Part shown: piece by piece, positions 28,288-31,619 of the stretch
Layout: the number at the start of each line of letters is the position of its first letter
Numbering within the stretch: position 1 is the stretch's first letter
NCBI GenBank assembly: GCA_041496385.1
Contig: JBGQEL010000044.1
Span: 1 to 31,619 of the forward strand
Length of the DNA stretch: 31,619 nt
Reading direction: 5' to 3'
Origin: Candidatus Methylomirabilia bacterium
GTDB lineage: Bacteria; Methylomirabilota; Methylomirabilia; Rokubacteriales; CSP1-6
Translations under genes and position numbers: made by a program
Notes under the pieces: model-generated
Database searches by the model: none
What the model was told of the DNA's origin: nothing
The model's input: only the letters and a program-made list of their open reading frames with translations

Positions 28288-28845
28288 CTAGCCCTCGAAG
28301 CGGCAGGTGACCTCGAAGGTCACCAGGGGATTTGGCCGGGCCAAGTCGCGCCGGGATACCACGATATCGACTTCCTTGAACTTGCCGGAGGCCCTCAAGT
28401 TCTGCATGAAGTCGGACACCGCGGTCGTGGAGAACGCCGAGCCGGACACCTTGAGAACCTGGTTGCGCTCGTCGAGACCGGTAATCCAGACGTCCTTCGG
28501 AACCATGCTGGCGAAGGTGTCGACAAGCATGATCGGGCGGGCTTGTCCTTTCGTCAACTCCTCGAGAACCACGAGCCGTTTCCGAAGCTCGGCGGTCTGG
28601 TCCTTCAGTTGGCTGCCCTGGCCGATCGTCGCCTTGAGCTGGACGAGTTCCTTGCTTCGCTTGTCGATCTCCTCGGTCAGTGTCGCCTCTTCGCTCGAGA
28701 GCGTCCACCAGTAGTACCCGATGCCGCCGAGGGCAACCACGTAGATGATCAGAAACAGCCACCCGAGGTTGAAGGCGGGAAGCGTGGGCAGCCTGAAGCC
28801 TGCACCCCTCCTCTTGGACTCGGGCGCGAGGTTGATCCGGATCAT
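28288..28845 (-). CDS. pilN: Type IV pilus assembly protein
   Basis: MIRINLAP (INLLP-like motif), TM, coiled coil, PKDVWI; ATG 28845 overlaps the pilM stop. Confidence 0.93.
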   Translation of the reverse strand: MIRINLAPESKRRGAGFRLPTLPAFNLGWLFLIIYVVALGGIGYYWWTLSSEEATLTEEIDKRSKELVQLKATIGQGSQLKDQTAELRKRLVVLEELTKGQARPIMLVDTFASMVPKDVWITGLDERNQVLKVSGSAFSTTAVSDFMQNLRASGKFKEVDIVVSRRDLARPNPLVTFEVTCRFEG

Positions 28846-29891
28846 TTCGCCTTGTCTCCTGGCCGCCTGAGCGCGAGGCCGACCGCTACCGCCAACGCCG
28901 GTCCCGCCGCGCTCGCTTCGTCGGCATGCTGCGGATCGACCTCGATACGTTGAAGCGGCCGCGCCAACTCGACTGGGATACCCCAGTTGGACGACAGGTA
29001 GTCGTTCAGGCCCGGGAGCAGAGAACACCCACCCGCGAGCACGATCTTCCCGATCCGCTCGGACTCCGCGGTCGACGCGAAGTAGTCGAAGGTCCGCTGC
29101 ACCTCGAGTGAGAGTTCCCGGGAGACCGCCTCCAACGCCGGGACGACCGCTTCCCAGCGGACGCCGACGTCACGGCCGAGCTTGGCCGCCTCAGCCTGCT
29201 CGAAGGGAATCTTCAACTGCTGCGCGATCGCCTGGGTGTAGTTGTTGCCCCCAAACGGAATATCCCGCGCGAAGATCGTCGAGCCCCCCCGCACCACGTT
29301 GGTCTTCATGATCGAAGCGCCGATGTCGATCAGTGCGACGGCCTCACGCTGCTCATCGGGGAAGTTGAGCTCGAACTGGTTGCCCAGCGCAAAACTGTCC
29401 ACGTCGACGATTGTCGGCGTCAGCCCCGCCTGCTCGACGACCGAGGCATACTCCAGAACCTTCGATTTCTTCACGGCGACCAGGATCAGGTCGAGCATCG
29501 CGTCATGCTTGCCGACGCCGTGGTAGTCGAGGAACACCTCGTCGATCGCGAACGGGATGTGATGCTCGGCTTCGAGCTGCACGACGTCATGCACTTCCTT
29601 GGCCGGGACCTCCGGGATCTGGACCTTCTTGATGATGAGCTCGCGGCCACAGATCGCGATCGTGGCATCCCTTCCTTTGACCCCGGCCTTCGCGACTGCG
29701 CTCCTGATAACCTCGATGACCGTGCCGGGATCCTTGATGGTTCCGTCGGCCACAGCGTCGGGAGGAAGCGGAGCGATGCCGAGCGCCGTAGTCCGGTACG
29801 TGCCGCCGGTCTCCTTGAGCTGGAGCACCTTGACGGCGCTCGATCCGATGTCGAGCCCGAAGATTTCTGAGGCCTTGCGGAAAAACGCCAT
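28842..29891 (-). CDS. pilM: Type IV pilus assembly actin-like protein
   Basis: GLDIGSSAVK, HIPF, LIDIGA, LAGG, AVGLALR. Confidence 0.96.
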   Translation of the reverse strand: MAFFRKASEIFGLDIGSSAVKVLQLKETGGTYRTTALGIAPLPPDAVADGTIKDPGTVIEVIRSAVAKAGVKGRDATIAICGRELIIKKVQIPEVPAKEVHDVVQLEAEHHIPFAIDEVFLDYHGVGKHDAMLDLILVAVKKSKVLEYASVVEQAGLTPTIVDVDSFALGNQFELNFPDEQREAVALIDIGASIMKTNVVRGGSTIFARDIPFGGNNYTQAIAQQLKIPFEQAEAAKLGRDVGVRWEAVVPALEAVSRELSLEVQRTFDYFASTAESERIGKIVLAGGCSLLPGLNDYLSSNWGIPVELARPLQRIEVDPQHADEASAAGPALAVAVGLALRRPGDKAK

Positions 29892-29922
29892 AGTTGAACG
29901 CCTTTCTCCCTCGTGGCTAAGT

Positions 29923-29951
29923 AGTATAGGCGCGGCGCCTCAGCGGGCCAA
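29923..29951 (-). promoter_or_regulatory. Sigma-70 promoter for pilMNOPQ
   Basis: TTGGCC-N17-TATACT, followed by purine-rich GAGGGAGAAAGG before ATG 29891. Confidence 0.55.
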
Positions 29952-30061
29952 TATTTTCACATGCACTACATTTGGCGTCGAGACTCCGCACGGCCCCTAT
30001 GGGTGGAATTCGAACGCCGGTCCGTTGTCGGACCGCGGAGCATTGTAGCCCCGATCGCGCC

Positions 30062-30619
30062 TCAGCGCTCCCGCCAGTTCGAGAGCGCGTGGCGGACGCG
30101 ATTGCCTGCGGCCGGCGAGCCTAGCGTACGGTGCCGTCTGACGACGGCCTCGATCGTGCGTGACGCGCCATTGAACGTGCCCGTTGACCGCATGACCACG
30201 ACACCGTTCGTGTCGCGCGCGGCGTCCACGTCGACGAGGGCTTCACCCGTCAGCGCGGCGTCGCCTGGCGCTGAGTCATTGCGGATGCTCACTGTGCACA
30301 TACCCTCGGCAAGCGTGAATCCCGGCAGCGGCGAGCTGTTCAGGCTCGGGAGTGGCACCCAGGGCGCCTCGGGCGTGGCCCCGGCAAGAAGGCTGGTCCA
30401 CGAATCGTCCGGGTCTGCCGAGGCGATGAGCCGGCTGTAGCCGACCTCGATCCCCGCCTCGGCGAGCCAGCGAGCGCGTGCGGTGTCTCCGAGGTTCCGT
30501 GCGATGCGAGGTTCGAGCACGCTCGCCGACATGAACGCCAAGACGAGCGCGCTCAGCGCCAAGAGAACGATCAATGACAGGATCAGCGCCACGCCGTCTT
30601 CGGTCCGCCTCGCATTCAT
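30062..30619 (-). CDS. pilX: PilX-like minor pilin
   Basis: EDG|VALILSLIVLL (no Glu5), ARWLAEAGIE, VMRSTG; ATG 30619 overlaps the upstream stop. Confidence 0.8.
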   Translation of the reverse strand: MNARRTEDGVALILSLIVLLALSALVLAFMSASVLEPRIARNLGDTARARWLAEAGIEVGYSRLIASADPDDSWTSLLAGATPEAPWVPLPSLNSSPLPGFTLAEGMCTVSIRNDSAPGDAALTGEALVDVDAARDTNGVVVMRSTGTFNGASRTIEAVVRRHRTLGSPAAGNRVRHALSNWRER

Positions 30620-31041
30620 GGTCTCGGAGCCAGCACGGTGGAAAGCTCGACGCGCCATTCGCCACCGGACGCCTCACGGTAGGCCACAGCCACCCGGATC
30701 GTCTTGCAGGTGACCGCTGACGCCGCCCCTTCGGCGCAGCCCGCTCCCCCCCGGTCTACTACGGTGGTCTCGCGGCGGAAGCGAGGGGCAGCGCTGATCG
30801 CTCCGTAGCCCTCTCGTGTGACGCCCGCGGCGAGGAGGGGGCTGTCCCAGGAGTCGAGCGCGACGCCACGAAAGAGCTCGAGGCGCTCCTCGGCGAGGAC
30901 GATAGCGGTCGTCTCGTTCCGCCCCGACTCGACGGCGCCCACGGCATACCGAAGACCGGACGCGACAGCCACGAGCCCGACGGAGAGCACGCACGTCGCG
31001 ACGAGAATCTCTACGAGCGACAGACCTCCCGTGTCCCTCAC
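30616..31041 (-). CDS. pilV: PilV-like minor pilin
   Basis: MRDTGG|LSLVEILVAT prepilin motif, A--LAEERLE; GTG 31041 overlaps the upstream stop. Confidence 0.78.
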   Translation of the reverse strand: MRDTGGLSLVEILVATCVLSVGLVAVASGLRYAVGAVESGRNETTAIVLAEERLELFRGVALDSWDSPLLAAGVTREGYGAISAAPRFRRETTVVDRGGAGCAEGAASAVTCKTIRVAVAYREASGGEWRVELSTVLAPRP

Positions 31042-31487
31042 TGGACGCTCACCCTTCCAGAGACCGCGACGACCACGCGGCGCGTACGACCACCCGTCTG
31101 ATCGCTCACCGTGTAGGCGCCGGCGGGCGCCGCCGCGCCGAGATGGGTGAAGACCACGGGGGGCCCGTTCGCGCTCACGAGAGCGTCCCCGGAGAGTTTG
31201 ACCGCCTGGCCTGCGGTGGCCGCAACCGCCGTGCCGCTGCATGCGCCTCCGCCGGGCACCTCGAAGCGCACACGACCGCCGCTCACGGCGACGCACACTG
31301 GCGCGTTGAGGGAGATGGCGAGGAGTCGTCCGTGGCTGATGGCGCTGGCCAGCTCCGCAGCCGCGGCCCGGAGCGCCGCGGTCCGCCAGGAGTCCATCAA
31401 CGCCGGCGCTGCGAGCGAGGACAGGAGTGCGAGGAGAGAAAGCGCGACGAGAAGTTCGACGAGTCCGAACCCCTGCGTCTCTAGCAG
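31038..31487 (-). CDS. fimT: FimT/GspH-like minor pilin; start codon unresolved
   Basis: In-frame upstream of the track start: ETQG|FGLVELLVALSLLALL; also ELASAISHGRLLAI, VFTHLG, VAVSGRV. No in-frame ATG/GTG/TTG upstream of the prepilin motif within the window; CTG 31487 used provisionally. Confidence 0.7.
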   Translation of the reverse strand: MLETQGFGLVELLVALSLLALLSSLAAPALMDSWRTAALRAAAAELASAISHGRLLAISLNAPVCVAVSGGRVRFEVPGGGACSGTAVAATAGQAVKLSGDALVSANGPPVVFTHLGAAAPAGAYTVSDQTGGRTRRVVVAVSGRVSVQ

Positions 31488-31619
31488 GTTGCGGAAAAAG
31501 CGGGTGAATAGCGGGCTCGAGGTTGGCTCATCACCGCACCAGACACCGGGCGGGCGCTTCGCTCGGGGTTCACTTGCCGCGTCCGCCCCACGGACGTTGC
31601 GACAAATTGAGCGAGCCGC

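Noticed and set aside
31520..31619. Sigma-54 promoter or enhancer upstream of the fimT-like gene
   Set aside because: No convincing TGGC-type GG-N10-GC element found; GCGACAAATTGA only loosely resembles the other sites and the region is cut by the window edge
1..31619. CRISPR arrays, tRNA/rRNA, IS or integrase, prophage, defence or retroelement genes
   Set aside because: No spaced direct repeats, cloverleafs or relevant protein motifs seen by eye; intergenic gaps are all under about 250 nt

Overview
GC-rich bacterial chromosomal window with no mobile element, CRISPR array, tRNA or rRNA detected. The gene content and style suggest Ca. Rokubacteria/Methylomirabilota or a deltaproteobacterium-like lineage (inference only). 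The + strand at the left edge carries the C-terminal Fis-type HTH of a probable sigma-54 activator, a sigma-54 promoter and a compact FIST-domain gene. Everything else is on the - strand. Read right to left: minor pilins (fimT-, pilV-, pilX-like), pilMNOPQ, aroC, aroB, a TPR protein, efp, accB, a TPR/HExxH peptidase, accC (no ATG; apparent ATT start), thiE, livKHMGF, two GT-C membrane glycosyltransferases, MaoC dehydratase, ornithine-cyclodeaminase-family enzyme, MOSC protein and a DAO/SoxB-like flavoenzyme. A second sigma-54 promoter then drives a GT-C / SAM methyltransferase / ArnC-like GT2 / AsnB operon. Most genes belong to well-known families. The best candidates for something new are (i) the convergent sigma-54 FIST plus lipid-linked-glycan module with similar enhancer-like sites, and (ii) several tiny coupled ORFs and non-canonical starts at gene junctions. 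Several ORF-track starts were corrected using stop/start overlaps and family N-termini.
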